Source: an uncultured virus (IMG/VR IMGVR_UViG_3300013102_000031) (Duplodnaviria; Heunggongvirae; Uroviricota; Caudoviricetes). From it: a DNA stretch of 64,000 nt. The DNA lies in IMG/VR virus record IMGVR_UViG_3300013102_000031; one strand, given 5' to 3'. Both the position numbers and the translations under genes were made by a program. Below the pieces are notes generated by a model that did not search any database, was not told the origin of the DNA, and saw only the letters and a list, made by a program, of their open reading frames with translations. The first letter of the stretch is position 1; each line of letters opens with the position of its first letter. Positions 1 through 9,003 of the stretch are shown one piece after another.

Positions 1-263
1 AAATAAATGATAAAAAAATTACTTTTTACAAAATTGAGGTTAAAAACAAAAACATCCTACTTCTTCAAATTAATTAAATAAAAAAAAAAAAACTTATTTT
101 CCTTATGAATTGTTAGTAAAAAAAAAAAAAAAGTAGAGATAGTAGTAGTATTAGTAGATAGATGTATTGTAGTACACTAAATGCTCTACAGGCCACGGTT
201 TATAGGGGTTTGTCCTCATTCTACTCGGTACTTTCTCTGTTTTGCTCTCAATTCATTCCACTA

Positions 264-292
264 AGACTACACCCTCCCAAGCTCAATGTCAA
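264..292 (-). promoter_or_regulatory. sigma70-like promoter, leftward (TTGACA-17-TAGTCT)
   Basis: Consensus -35 and 17-bp spacer in non-coding DNA, divergent from the promoter at 361. Confidence 0.5.
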
Positions 293-360
293 CCCTCACA
301 CCAAAAATAATCCCCACTCCAAATCAGCCTAACCACAGCTAAATTCTTTTAGCAATCCGC

Positions 361-389
361 TTGCTTTCCACAACAAGACGTGCGAGAAT
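361..389 (+). promoter_or_regulatory. sigma70-like promoter (TTGCTT-17-GAGAAT)
   Basis: Upstream of RBS AAGGAGA and the first ORF at 420. Confidence 0.55.
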
Positions 390-419
390 GGTTGCATCAC
401 TTAGAGAAGGAGATTTACA

Positions 420-758
420 ATGTACATGATTACTCGATTCAACAAGGCTAAGCGTGCAGAAGCACTTTGGTATAATCAATACTCGAATTCCACTATGTGG
501 GATAGTATCACACCAGTGTCAAATAAAACAAAGCGTGAGATTCATGAGGGATTGGTTGCTCTTGGTCCTTTTCCTACACCGGAGCAAGTGAATGAGATTA
601 TTGGAAACACATCTTGGACTGATTGCCGATGTGATGAGTGTGGTAAATCAGTTGACAAAGTGATTCAGGTTGGACAAGATCCAGATTATGAAAGTTCGAC
701 TGCTGAAATCTGTGTACAGTGTTTGAAGAAAGCTATTAAACTGAGTAAGGAGGTTTAA
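420..758 (+). CDS. hypothetical protein with CxxC pairs
   Basis: RBS; CDEC and CVQC motifs. Confidence 0.75.
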   Translation: MYMITRFNKAKRAEALWYNQYSNSTMWDSITPVSNKTKREIHEGLVALGPFPTPEQVNEIIGNTSWTDCRCDECGKSVDKVIQVGQDPDYESSTAEICVQCLKKAIKLSKEV

Positions 759-759
759 G

Positions 760-1218
760 GTGCGTTATTCTAAAGGACGCTGGGTAGCCTCTTACCGAGA
801 CACTTGGTCCCTCGACACAACCCTATCCCCAATCATCTACGCCGGATTATCCAAATTCCACGATGTCCTAGAACAAAAGAACCGCGAAGGGAAATGTCTA
901 GGCATCCCAAACGAATACATGAAAAATGAATCCGAATGGGTGACAGATTCTGATATACAAGATTGGCTAGACGACATCAAGAAGATGATGTATGCTTTCG
1001 AGAACAAAGAGCCTGATATGGGAGCGTATGATTTCTCTTTGGAAATGGTGCCTGTTCCGGGAGAGGTAGCTAAGGAAGGCTGCTCAGTCCCATACACAAT
1101 TGAGTGTGATAATTTGGAAGAGAAAGCTAGGTATTATGCTGATTGTGATGAGCATGAGAGGTTGGTGCAAGAGGGGTTGAATCTCTTTAGTTTGAGATAT
1201 TCCAGTTTGTGGTGGTAA
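760..1218 (+). CDS. hypothetical phage protein
   Basis: GTG start coupled to the upstream stop, 152 aa. Confidence 0.75.
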   Translation: MRYSKGRWVASYRDTWSLDTTLSPIIYAGLSKFHDVLEQKNREGKCLGIPNEYMKNESEWVTDSDIQDWLDDIKKMMYAFENKEPDMGAYDFSLEMVPVPGEVAKEGCSVPYTIECDNLEEKARYYADCDEHERLVQEGLNLFSLRYSSLWW

Positions 1219-1236
1219 ATTAATAGGAGAAATGTT

Positions 1237-1614
1237 ATGGAAATGAAATCATATACGAATGTTGTAAGCCTATTCAGGCTAAGAGAAGACTCAGTGTTTA
1301 ACAGTCTGAATGATGCCGTTGAAGTCTTTGAGGATGACTCATCAGTTGATGTTATCTTGAACACAGACCACCATCGTGTTGATGTTATATTTAAAGAAGA
1401 CGTGACTGTAGCTGACTGTGAATGTATTTACTTAGGTATTAATCAAGTACGTCCGATTGGTGTATTGATGATGACAAACCGAAATGACCTGTTCGCTAAG
1501 TATGAACAGAATTATATTAAAGTCAGTAGGCTTCAAAATAAGATGTTCAAACAATCAGCCAAGTTTAACAAAGCTAAACGTAAACTTGAGAAGGCATTGG
1601 AGAAGCTTGCATGA
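1237..1614 (+). CDS. hypothetical protein
   Basis: AGGAGA RBS; basic coiled-coil-like C-terminus. Confidence 0.7.
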   Translation: MEMKSYTNVVSLFRLREDSVFNSLNDAVEVFEDDSSVDVILNTDHHRVDVIFKEDVTVADCECIYLGINQVRPIGVLMMTNRNDLFAKYEQNYIKVSRLQNKMFKQSAKFNKAKRKLEKALEKLA

Positions 1615-1910
1615 TCTACATCCTATACTACCTAATCTGTGCTGTATCGAGCTTTTACCTTACTAAAAACTACGTTGAGTCCAACCTTAGACGTGTAGGC
1701 ATCCAAGACGCTAGCATCGCTACCGCTATGAGAAATGCCGCTAAGAAAGACGAAACAATTGATCCAATGCATGATTGTCCAGACCATGTAGCTTCAGCTT
1801 TGTTTTGGACGATAATTTTGGTGTACAATCTGTTGTGTTGGCCATTCTGTCTGATGACATTGGTGTATTGGCAGATTAATAAACAAGACTTTTCAGATTA
1901 TAGGGGGTAA
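1611..1910 (+). CDS. hypothetical membrane protein
   Basis: ATGA overlap; two hydrophobic segments. Confidence 0.7.
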   Translation: MIYILYYLICAVSSFYLTKNYVESNLRRVGIQDASIATAMRNAAKKDETIDPMHDCPDHVASALFWTIILVYNLLCWPFCLMTLVYWQINKQDFSDYRG

Positions 1911-1913
1911 TAT

Positions 1914-2770
1914 ATGATTACTAAAACTGACGACAAGAAACACAAATACCAAAGCTGGGAAACTCTCCTGACACTTAGCTATGGAGGTGCTATGGATTGT
2001 ATTACATTTGATTTAGCTGCTTGGGGCTCTACTGAACAAGAGTCAATGGATAATTTCAAGGTAGCTTGGAAGATTCTAAAGGATAAAGTGGATAACTTGG
2101 TGGCTAAAGAATGACAATAAAACTATCCCTATTCATGCTTGATCCTGTAACTGCTCATGCAAAGTACATGAAAGAAGTAGCTGAACTGAACGAAAAGATT
2201 GAAAAGAAAGATAGTTCTCACAAGGAACTTAAGCTACAATACAAACTTCTGAAAGAACGAATGAAGAGGCGTACAGGTGAACTTACCGTTGTGTCTAACA
2301 AGCTCTCTGAAGAGAGAAAACTAAATCAGGTATGGGAGAATTGAGATGAAACGAACAATCATGTACCGCTACAGTTCTTGGACAGAAGGTTGTGGATGTT
2401 GCTCAAATAGTGAATCACTCTATGATGTCTATGAAGATGGTGTGTTGGTATCAGAAGCAAATTGGTGTGGGCTTGCACAGGATGAGGCAGACTTACGGGG
2501 TATTCTTAAGCATCTAGAACCTTTTGATATTGATCCTGATAGTTGGTGGTTTTGATGAAAGTATGCTGCGGTAACGGAAAGCCTTATGACACTCTAACAG
2601 ACTTCGAACGTCTCGGTGGTTGCGGGAACGATCACTGTGTAGGCCCAATTAGTGTAGAAGATTATGATCTACTCTTGACAGGGCTTGGAACATTCGATAT
2701 AAGAGATTGCACAAGCTCAGATGAGTTGTGTAAGTTGATTAAACCAACAGGAGAGCAAGATGAAATTTAG
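1914..2770 (+). other. run of four small hypothetical CDS (1914-2114, 2111-2344, 2346-2555, ~2555-2770)
   Basis: Tightly coupled ORFs with RBSs. Confidence 0.7.
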
Positions 2771-2939
2771 TAAAGAGGCTTGGTGGGAATATGTCAGGGG
2801 TACTGAACTGAAAGATATGGAAGATGGTGATATCCTAATTGCACTGTAACAAGCGTTCTATTCTGGATATATCTGTAAAGAGTCTGAAATTAAAATTATT
2901 GATTCTCAACTCGTTGCACTCAAGGAGATGTTTAAGTGA
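2760..2939 (+). pseudogene. small gene interrupted by an in-frame TAA at 2847-2849
   Basis: RBS and ATG at 2760; the frame stays open after the TAA to TGA 2937-2939, which overlaps the next start. Confidence 0.6.
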
Positions 2940-3187
2940 AGCCCCACGAGATTGACAAGATTAAAAGTTTAGATCCTACAGGCTGCAACGGCACTGTGCA
3001 AAGTGTTCTGATGAATCCTAATATCAACCAAGCACATTATGCAGAAGTGTTGTATTATTTGTTGAGTAAGGTGCTTGAAGAGAAGGGGTATCTTGAGCGT
3101 GCTAGTAATGCCATGACTAGGGTGTTGCAAGCTAATGGGTTGGTGGATGAATTGAATAAATGTCTTGAATTGGAGGAGAAACTATGA
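2936..3187 (+). CDS. hypothetical protein
   Basis: AAGGAG RBS, GTG start. Confidence 0.7.
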   Translation: MKPHEIDKIKSLDPTGCNGTVQSVLMNPNINQAHYAEVLYYLLSKVLEEKGYLERASNAMTRVLQANGLVDELNKCLELEEKL

Positions 3188-3441
3188 ACTACATAGCAGA
3201 AAATGTTAAAGTATTCTTTGGAGATATTGAAGTTACAGGTTATGCACTTGCCGACCCAATCTATGCAAATCGTGAACGACTGTGGTACAAGGATATTGAA
3301 GGAAAACCTTTCACTGTACTTGCAACTTGTGAAGATTACACTGTAGTAGAGGTTCCTTTCAATGAATTAGGTTATGAAAAGCATATTAAGCCGATGAAGC
3401 CAACTGTTAAGAGTCCATTTAAGTGTGTGGTGGAGAAATGA
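3184..3441 (+). CDS. small protein with tail-tube-like N-terminus
   Basis: NYIAENVKVFFGDIEVTGY resembles the N-termini of the tube-like proteins at 62616 and 63113. Confidence 0.55.
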   Translation: MNYIAENVKVFFGDIEVTGYALADPIYANRERLWYKDIEGKPFTVLATCEDYTVVEVPFNELGYEKHIKPMKPTVKSPFKCVVEK

Positions 3442-3641
3442 TTTCTCATCTAGACTATTTAATGAGTCTTCCACAAGTACATAGGGAAATTTATGGTTAC
3501 GAAGAAGAAAACAAACCAAATGATTATTGTGTCTGGACAGATATTGGTTATAGTAAGAGTCTAATGGCTTGGGTTGAAACTGATGAGCACTTTAGAGATA
3601 GAATTAAAGAAATAAAGCTTGACTGTAAAATAGAAACATGA
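3438..3641 (+). CDS. small protein with baseplate-like ETDExxRxR motif
   Basis: GGAGA RBS, ATG 3438; VETDEHFRDRIK. Confidence 0.55.
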   Translation: MISHLDYLMSLPQVHREIYGYEEENKPNDYCVWTDIGYSKSLMAWVETDEHFRDRIKEIKLDCKIET

Positions 3642-3717
3642 GACATTGGTGGTGTAGGGATTTGTAGGCAGGAAAAGCGGGATAATTATTAAATAACCAG
3701 TAGAAGGAAACAAGTGC

Positions 3718-4542
3718 ATGGGAAGTCGCGAAAGGGCGTTTGTAGTACAAGTTGACGGTCAGGATATCGCCGTTCCCCGTAAACGTGTTCGTAAGGATAA
3801 GGTTGGTAAACCTGCTGTAAACCATAAGTATGATGATGAAAAAGAGTTTAATTCGTTGCACTTTAAGCCTATTGGAGAGGCACAAACGCTTGGGGCACAG
3901 TATCTGCAAGAAGGCCGTAAAATAGTTGCACTACAAGGCCCAGCCGGTGGTGGCAAGTCAATTCTAGCTGCATGGCACGCTGCAAACCTGTTGAAAGCTA
4001 AATCTATCCATAAATTGTTCTTGGTTCGACCTTATGAGTCTTGCGGGCGTACAATCGGGGCGGTTCCCGGCACGGAAGGAGAAAAACTCTCCGTTATCTT
4101 CACCAGCATCTTGGAGCATCTGACCAAGTTCCTTGGTAAAACGCAATTGTCTTACATGCTTGAGAAGAAAGTAATCGAATTCAAAAGCGTCGAATGGATG
4201 CGCGGTTATTCCTTTGAGGACGGCGTTTTTGTCTTGTGTGAAGAGGTGCAGGGATTCGATACTGACCTTATGCAAATGCTGACAACTCGTATTGGTGATG
4301 GCGCGCAACTTTGTATGACGGGTGATTGGCGTCAAAAAGACATCCGCAAGGAAACTGGGCTTAAGTACTTGAGTGAAGTTGTAGAGGCTGCAAATAACAC
4401 ACCACCAGAATTTCTTGATGACGAAGATATTCAGGAAATCAAGAATAACATTGGGTTTGTGAATTTTACATTTGAGGACAGTGGTCGTCGAAGTAAGTTG
4501 ACTAAAGCACTTGTGAAATTGTTTTACTACGAGAAGGGGTAG
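3718..4542 (+). CDS. phoH: PhoH-family ATPase
   Basis: Walker A GPAGGGKS, LVRP, GAVPG, MRGYSF, EEVQ, TRIG, TGDxxQxD motifs. Confidence 0.93.
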   Translation: MGSRERAFVVQVDGQDIAVPRKRVRKDKVGKPAVNHKYDDEKEFNSLHFKPIGEAQTLGAQYLQEGRKIVALQGPAGGGKSILAAWHAANLLKAKSIHKLFLVRPYESCGRTIGAVPGTEGEKLSVIFTSILEHLTKFLGKTQLSYMLEKKVIEFKSVEWMRGYSFEDGVFVLCEEVQGFDTDLMQMLTTRIGDGAQLCMTGDWRQKDIRKETGLKYLSEVVEAANNTPPEFLDDEDIQEIKNNIGFVNFTFEDSGRRSKLTKALVKLFYYEKG

Positions 4543-4544
4543 TT

Positions 4545-5363
4545 ATGGAAGTCGATTCAACAAGATGGGAGATTATAAAAGAATGGAAAGAGGGTAGACG
4601 CCACTACCTAGAAGTTAAGTGTAATATTTGTAATACACACTTTGATAGATCACGAAAAGAGCAAATCTTTGGAAAGGTTCTTAGGCAGTGTGAATGCGAT
4701 AAAACTGTGCGTGGAAAGCCATTTGAAATAGGTGAGCGGATTGGTAAACTGATAGTTCTGGAAAGAGATAACAGTATTACGGATAATAAACATGTTTGGT
4801 GGAAGGTAAAGTGTGATTGTGGAGAAGTTAAATCCTTACAAGGTAGTCAGTTGAGGAACGGTACAACTTCAACATGCGGATGTTTGCTTTCTGACAAACG
4901 TGGAGGTAAAAGAGAAAAGCATGGCAGGACTAAAACAAAAGAGTATAAAATTTGGACTAGTATGTGTGGTAGAGTAACAAGACCAGACGAAAGTACCCGT
5001 AAATGGTATTTTGACAAGGGTATTGGTGTTTCTTCTGAGTGGAGAGCTGGTTTTACACACTTCTATGAGGATATGGGAGACTGTCCAGAGGGGTACTCTT
5101 TAGACAGAATTGACCCATCAGGTGATTACTGTAAAGAAAACTGCCGCTGGGCTTCTCTTGAACTTCAATCTATTAACAAAGGATTGTTTTGCAATAACAC
5201 AAGTGGTAAGACAGGTGTTTCCTTGAATCAACACGGAAAATATATGGCTTACATTTACAACAAGGGCGAGAGAATCCATCTAGGGAGTCATGCAACTTAT
5301 GAATCAGCAGTCAAAGCACGCCTTGAAGCCGAAGAAAAATATTGGGGAGACATTAATGAGTGA
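4545..5363 (+). CDS. free-standing HNH homing endonuclease with C-terminal AP2 domain
   Basis: CDCG and TCGC repeats, SLDRIDPSGDYCKENCRW, NNTSGKTGV...HLG...AVKARLEAE. Confidence 0.9.
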   Translation: MEVDSTRWEIIKEWKEGRRHYLEVKCNICNTHFDRSRKEQIFGKVLRQCECDKTVRGKPFEIGERIGKLIVLERDNSITDNKHVWWKVKCDCGEVKSLQGSQLRNGTTSTCGCLLSDKRGGKREKHGRTKTKEYKIWTSMCGRVTRPDESTRKWYFDKGIGVSSEWRAGFTHFYEDMGDCPEGYSLDRIDPSGDYCKENCRWASLELQSINKGLFCNNTSGKTGVSLNQHGKYMAYIYNKGERIHLGSHATYESAVKARLEAEEKYWGDINE

Positions 5364-6126
5364 AGATAATATCGTTCCATTCTTTCAACCAAACAAAACG
5401 TTCACAACAGAATTTCGTGGTGTTCGGTATGATTACTACTTGACTGGTGAAATTGGCAAGGCTGAGGATTATGTAGACTTGTGTAATATTCTGCGTAGTG
5501 CATCGGCACAAGATGAGGTGGTGATAAGAATCCGGAGTGGCGGCGGGTCTGTACACACAGGCAATATGATCATCAACGCTATTAGTGAATCTGAGGCTAA
5601 TGTCGTTGGGTTCATTGAAAGTGACTGTGGTAGTATGGCTACGTTCATCTTCTTGGCCTGTCATACTTGGGGCGTTTCAGACACTGCTGAGTTTTTCTGT
5701 CACACTTGTAGCTATGGTTCTTGGGGTAAGGAACATGAAAATTTTGCACAGGCTGAGTTTATTCGTAAACAAGCACACAAACAGATGCGTGCTCGATATG
5801 AAAACTTCCTCACAACTCAAGAAATCGAAATGGTCATTTCTGGGACCGACATCTATCTAGATGCTGATGAAATTATGCAGCGACTTGAAGGGTATTCGGA
5901 AGCTCGAAATAATAAGCCTTGCGACTGTGGCTCAGAAGATTGTCCTCAAAACCAACGCCTCGCAGCTCTCCAAGAGGAAGAAGACTTCGACGACATGCCA
6001 ACACTGGAAGACATGATTTCTTCCGCTGTAGCTTCCGGTATTGAGCAATATGAAAAGAAACGACTTGCCGCTGATAAAAAGGTCACGAAGGTAAAACCAG
6101 CAAAAGTAATCGAAAAATCTGAATAA
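5356..6126 (+). CDS. clpP: ClpP-like serine protease
   Basis: IRSGGGSV, CGSMAT (catalytic Ser), FFCH (His); start refined to ATG 5356 after GGGGAG. Confidence 0.85.
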   Translation: MSEDNIVPFFQPNKTFTTEFRGVRYDYYLTGEIGKAEDYVDLCNILRSASAQDEVVIRIRSGGGSVHTGNMIINAISESEANVVGFIESDCGSMATFIFLACHTWGVSDTAEFFCHTCSYGSWGKEHENFAQAEFIRKQAHKQMRARYENFLTTQEIEMVISGTDIYLDADEIMQRLEGYSEARNNKPCDCGSEDCPQNQRLAALQEEEDFDDMPTLEDMISSAVASGIEQYEKKRLAADKKVTKVKPAKVIEKSE

Positions 6127-6131
6127 AGAGC

Positions 6132-6160
6132 TTGCATTAAATACGTGGGAGGGGTAAAAT
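6132..6160 (+). promoter_or_regulatory. sigma70-like promoter (TTGCAT-17-TAAAAT)
   Basis: Intergenic, precedes AAGGAG RBS. Confidence 0.65.
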
Positions 6161-6193
6161 TCTCCCACAAACTTAAACCAAAGGAGAATTAAA

Positions 6194-6403
6194 ATGGGTG
6201 AATTTACAGCGTGGCTTTGTTGTATGATTTTTGTTGCACTTGTGTCAGTTAACAATACAACATTCCGTTTCGATGCAAACGATGCAGTTAAAATGCTAAA
6301 TGAAGTATGTTCCAAGAATGGCGGCATTGAATATTCCAAAGTGGACATTGACAATTGGTTGTTTACTTGTAAAGATACTGCTAAATGCACTGTTAAACGT
6401 TAA
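6194..6403 (+). CDS. small membrane-anchored protein
   Basis: RBS; N-terminal hydrophobic segment, Cys residues. Confidence 0.7.
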   Translation: MGEFTAWLCCMIFVALVSVNNTTFRFDANDAVKMLNEVCSKNGGIEYSKVDIDNWLFTCKDTAKCTVKR

Positions 6404-6414
6404 GGAGAAATTGT

Positions 6415-7446
6415 ATGATCAGCGCACAAGAAATAGAAGAACTTATCGCAGAACAACAAGCTGACCTTGCTGCACAGGAACTGCTAGAGAATTCTGAGGA
6501 AGAAGAATGAACATCTTTGATAAATTATACGAAGTTCCAGATGAAGATGGACACCTAGAGCCAGTGTTTGATATTGATCCGTATATTTATTTAGAACTAG
6601 ATCTACATTATGCCCAAGGAGAGATGTAATGGATTTTGATGAATTTATTAGTTACCTGAAACAAAGCCTACCAGATAATGTTGACTGGTATGTAGACCAG
6701 AGCAGGTTCAAAGGTAATGATCTTGTAGGGGCAACCATTAAGTTTAATTTTCCTGTACAACAGGACGAGGAAGAATAAAATGCCACTATACATGTTAGTT
6801 AAAGTAGACTTCGAACATCGTGAGAATATGGGATTGTTTGATACACAGGCTAAGGCGCTTGCTTTGCAGACATCACTTGAGCTAGAATTATTTGACTCAG
6901 GTAGTTTGGCTGGTATTAGTTTCTATGTAGAGGAGCACTTTGTTAAATGAATTATGAACAAGATCAGCTAGAGGGGTTGGAATCATCTTTGGAACATTGG
7001 ATTCTGTCAGATGAAAAAGATATGGTAGATACTTTTGGTGAAGATCTGGTAGTGGCTGTAAAAGAGGCTTTGCACAATGAGTGACTTCAGTAGTTGGGAA
7101 GATTTAAAAGAGTGGTTATCTGATCCTGAAGATAACTGGAATACCGTAAGTTATCATGCTTGGACTTGGGGTAATTCTTACATGTCTTGTTATGATGAAG
7201 ACTGTGGTTGTTCAGATGATTTCGAGACTGTAGAAGACGCTGTGGAAAGTATTAGGGATTATTGCGGTAACAAACTTGAGTTGGTAATTAAGAATGACTG
7301 ACCACGACCGATGGCTTGACCAAGATTTAGATGATCACTACTTAGAACTTCTTGAGTCTGGCCTTGAAATACCCTGGCCCGATGAACCAGCAATAGAACC
7401 AAATAACGATTACGATGATTATGACGGCTGGGATGACATGCAATGA
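6415..7446 (+). other. chain of seven coupled acidic microproteins (6415-6510, 6507-6629, 6629-6778, 6780-6950, 6947-7084, 7077-7301, 7294-7446)
   Basis: Translated by hand; overlapping or abutting start/stop codons, most with RBSs; most are missing from the ORF track. Confidence 0.7.
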
Positions 7447-7628
7447 TGAGGGTAATTAAAATAACTCCTCACATCCCTTATTATCTAGCCGAAGGAAACG
7501 TTGTACAAAGTAAGTGGAGAGAACCTTTCGTAGACAGAGTTGGTAATAAAGCAACGCTAACGAAACTAGAAGTGCTTACGAAGAAAGGGAAGATTGTAGA
7601 TTACACAATTCAAGTTCAGTGGGAGTAG
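7443..7628 (+). CDS. hypothetical protein
   Basis: Coupled ORF. Confidence 0.6.
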   Translation: MMRVIKITPHIPYYLAEGNVVQSKWREPFVDRVGNKATLTKLEVLTKKGKIVDYTIQVQWE

Positions 7629-7633
7629 AGATT

Positions 7634-7939
7634 ATGGCTGAGAAGAAGCAGAGAGAAATCAAAGTAAGTTATATCTCCTACGAGGAGTATACCCAGTATG
7701 ACTACGTGGATGTTGCAACTTGGTTCATTGTAAATGCTCTTCAACAATATGTCTATTTTCACACGTCGGATCGTGCAGAGGCTCAGCGAGTTTGTAATGA
7801 TCTATACGGAGTAGGATTTTATACAGTAAAGACCTCAAAAATTCAGAAGACTAAATCAAGTCGTGAGGATGGCGGATATTCAGCTTACGGGTCGAATAGT
7901 CGTAAAGGGTTTGCAAGTCAGTTGAAGAAAACAACATGA
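7634..7939 (+). CDS. hypothetical phage protein
   Basis: GGGAG RBS, ATG 7634. Confidence 0.7.
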   Translation: MAEKKQREIKVSYISYEEYTQYDYVDVATWFIVNALQQYVYFHTSDRAEAQRVCNDLYGVGFYTVKTSKIQKTKSSREDGGYSAYGSNSRKGFASQLKKTT

Positions 7940-8352
7940 AGTACGATAAACTCTACATGGACTTAGCTTTACGAGTTGCACAGGAGAGTAAATGCCCACG
8001 TAAAGCTGTAGGTTGTGTCATTGTACCAGAATCAGGAATGTTGGCAGTTGGTTTCAATGGTCACGCATCAGGTGGTCCCAATATATGGGATTATTCAGAA
8101 GACGGAAATCCAGAAGTAGTACATGCAGAATTGAATAGTTTAGGGAAAATGCTAGAACAAGGGGTTAGTGCTAAAGGATCCACGGTCTATGTAAGCTTGA
8201 GTTGTTGCCTTGATTGTGCTAAGCTTCTTGTACGTGCCAAGGTAAGTCGAGTTGTTTATTTGGAGAGTTACAGAAAGACAGATGGGCTGGATTATTTGAG
8301 AAAATACAATATTTGTGTAGAACAATTTAAAGGAGAACAAAATGAAAACTAA
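7936..8352 (+). CDS. dCMP deaminase
   Basis: S-x-C-x-R-x-x-VG, GFNG, HAE, and CCLDC (PCxxC-type) zinc motif. Confidence 0.92.
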   Translation: MKYDKLYMDLALRVAQESKCPRKAVGCVIVPESGMLAVGFNGHASGGPNIWDYSEDGNPEVVHAELNSLGKMLEQGVSAKGSTVYVSLSCCLDCAKLLVRAKVSRVVYLESYRKTDGLDYLRKYNICVEQFKGEQNEN

Positions 8353-8764
8353 AGTAAGTGCTTGGAAAGACGAAGACATTGTAGATACTCGCAAACTCCA
8401 AATCTTTAGCTTGTGTCAAGTAATGGCAGCTTTCCATTATGAACTTGTAGAGTACAAAGGCCACGCTTCACGATTTGAAAGTACCCACCGCTCAAATAAA
8501 GGTCGTAATGTAATTAGCTGGTCTAAGGCCATTTCGCTCTATAACGGTGATTCTGTAAAATGTGTATTTGGTCGTCCTCCTAATCGTTTGACATTGTGGA
8601 GTTTTACCGACTACCAAGTAACACAAGCCAAGGCTGCAAGGATAGTTAAACAGCTCAAATTGCAGTTCTGTCGTCAAACCAAACAGGTGATTGTACAAGA
8701 TCATCGTGTTGAATTTATTACCCCTTCGTATAAAGCTCTATTCCTCGGGAATAAGTATCTATGA
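8342..8764 (+). CDS. hypothetical protein
   Basis: AAGGAG RBS, 140 aa. Confidence 0.7.
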   Translation: MKTKVSAWKDEDIVDTRKLQIFSLCQVMAAFHYELVEYKGHASRFESTHRSNKGRNVISWSKAISLYNGDSVKCVFGRPPNRLTLWSFTDYQVTQAKAARIVKQLKLQFCRQTKQVIVQDHRVEFITPSYKALFLGNKYL

Positions 8765-8949
8765 ACAGATCGATTATCTATGTCTGGTCATCAGGATTTT
8801 GGATATTTGGAGTAGATTATCATCACGGTACACATTCAGCTTTAGGTAAGTATCAAGAAGTTATTCTTGGCGAAGGATGGCATAGACAGGAGATTACTTT
8901 GATGGTGAATGACTTCATTGAAGAGAATCTATTGCTGTGGGAAGATTGA
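8761..8949 (+). CDS. hypothetical protein
   Basis: ATGA overlap. Confidence 0.6.
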   Translation: MNRSIIYVWSSGFWIFGVDYHHGTHSALGKYQEVILGEGWHRQEITLMVNDFIEENLLLWED

Positions 8950-8960
8950 TAGAAATTTAT

Positions 8961-9003
8961 AAGCTCTGAGGCTCTTGTCTCGGGGCTTTTCTTTTGTTAA
9001 AAT
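8961..9003 (+). terminator. intrinsic terminator fused with a sigma70 promoter (TTGTCT-17-TAAAAT)
   Basis: AAGCTCTGAG/CTCGGGGCTT stem plus T-tract; -35 spans the loop and right arm. Confidence 0.65.

Noticed and set aside
1..132. Long poly-A tracts at the window start
   Set aside because: Looks like low-quality contig-end sequence rather than biology
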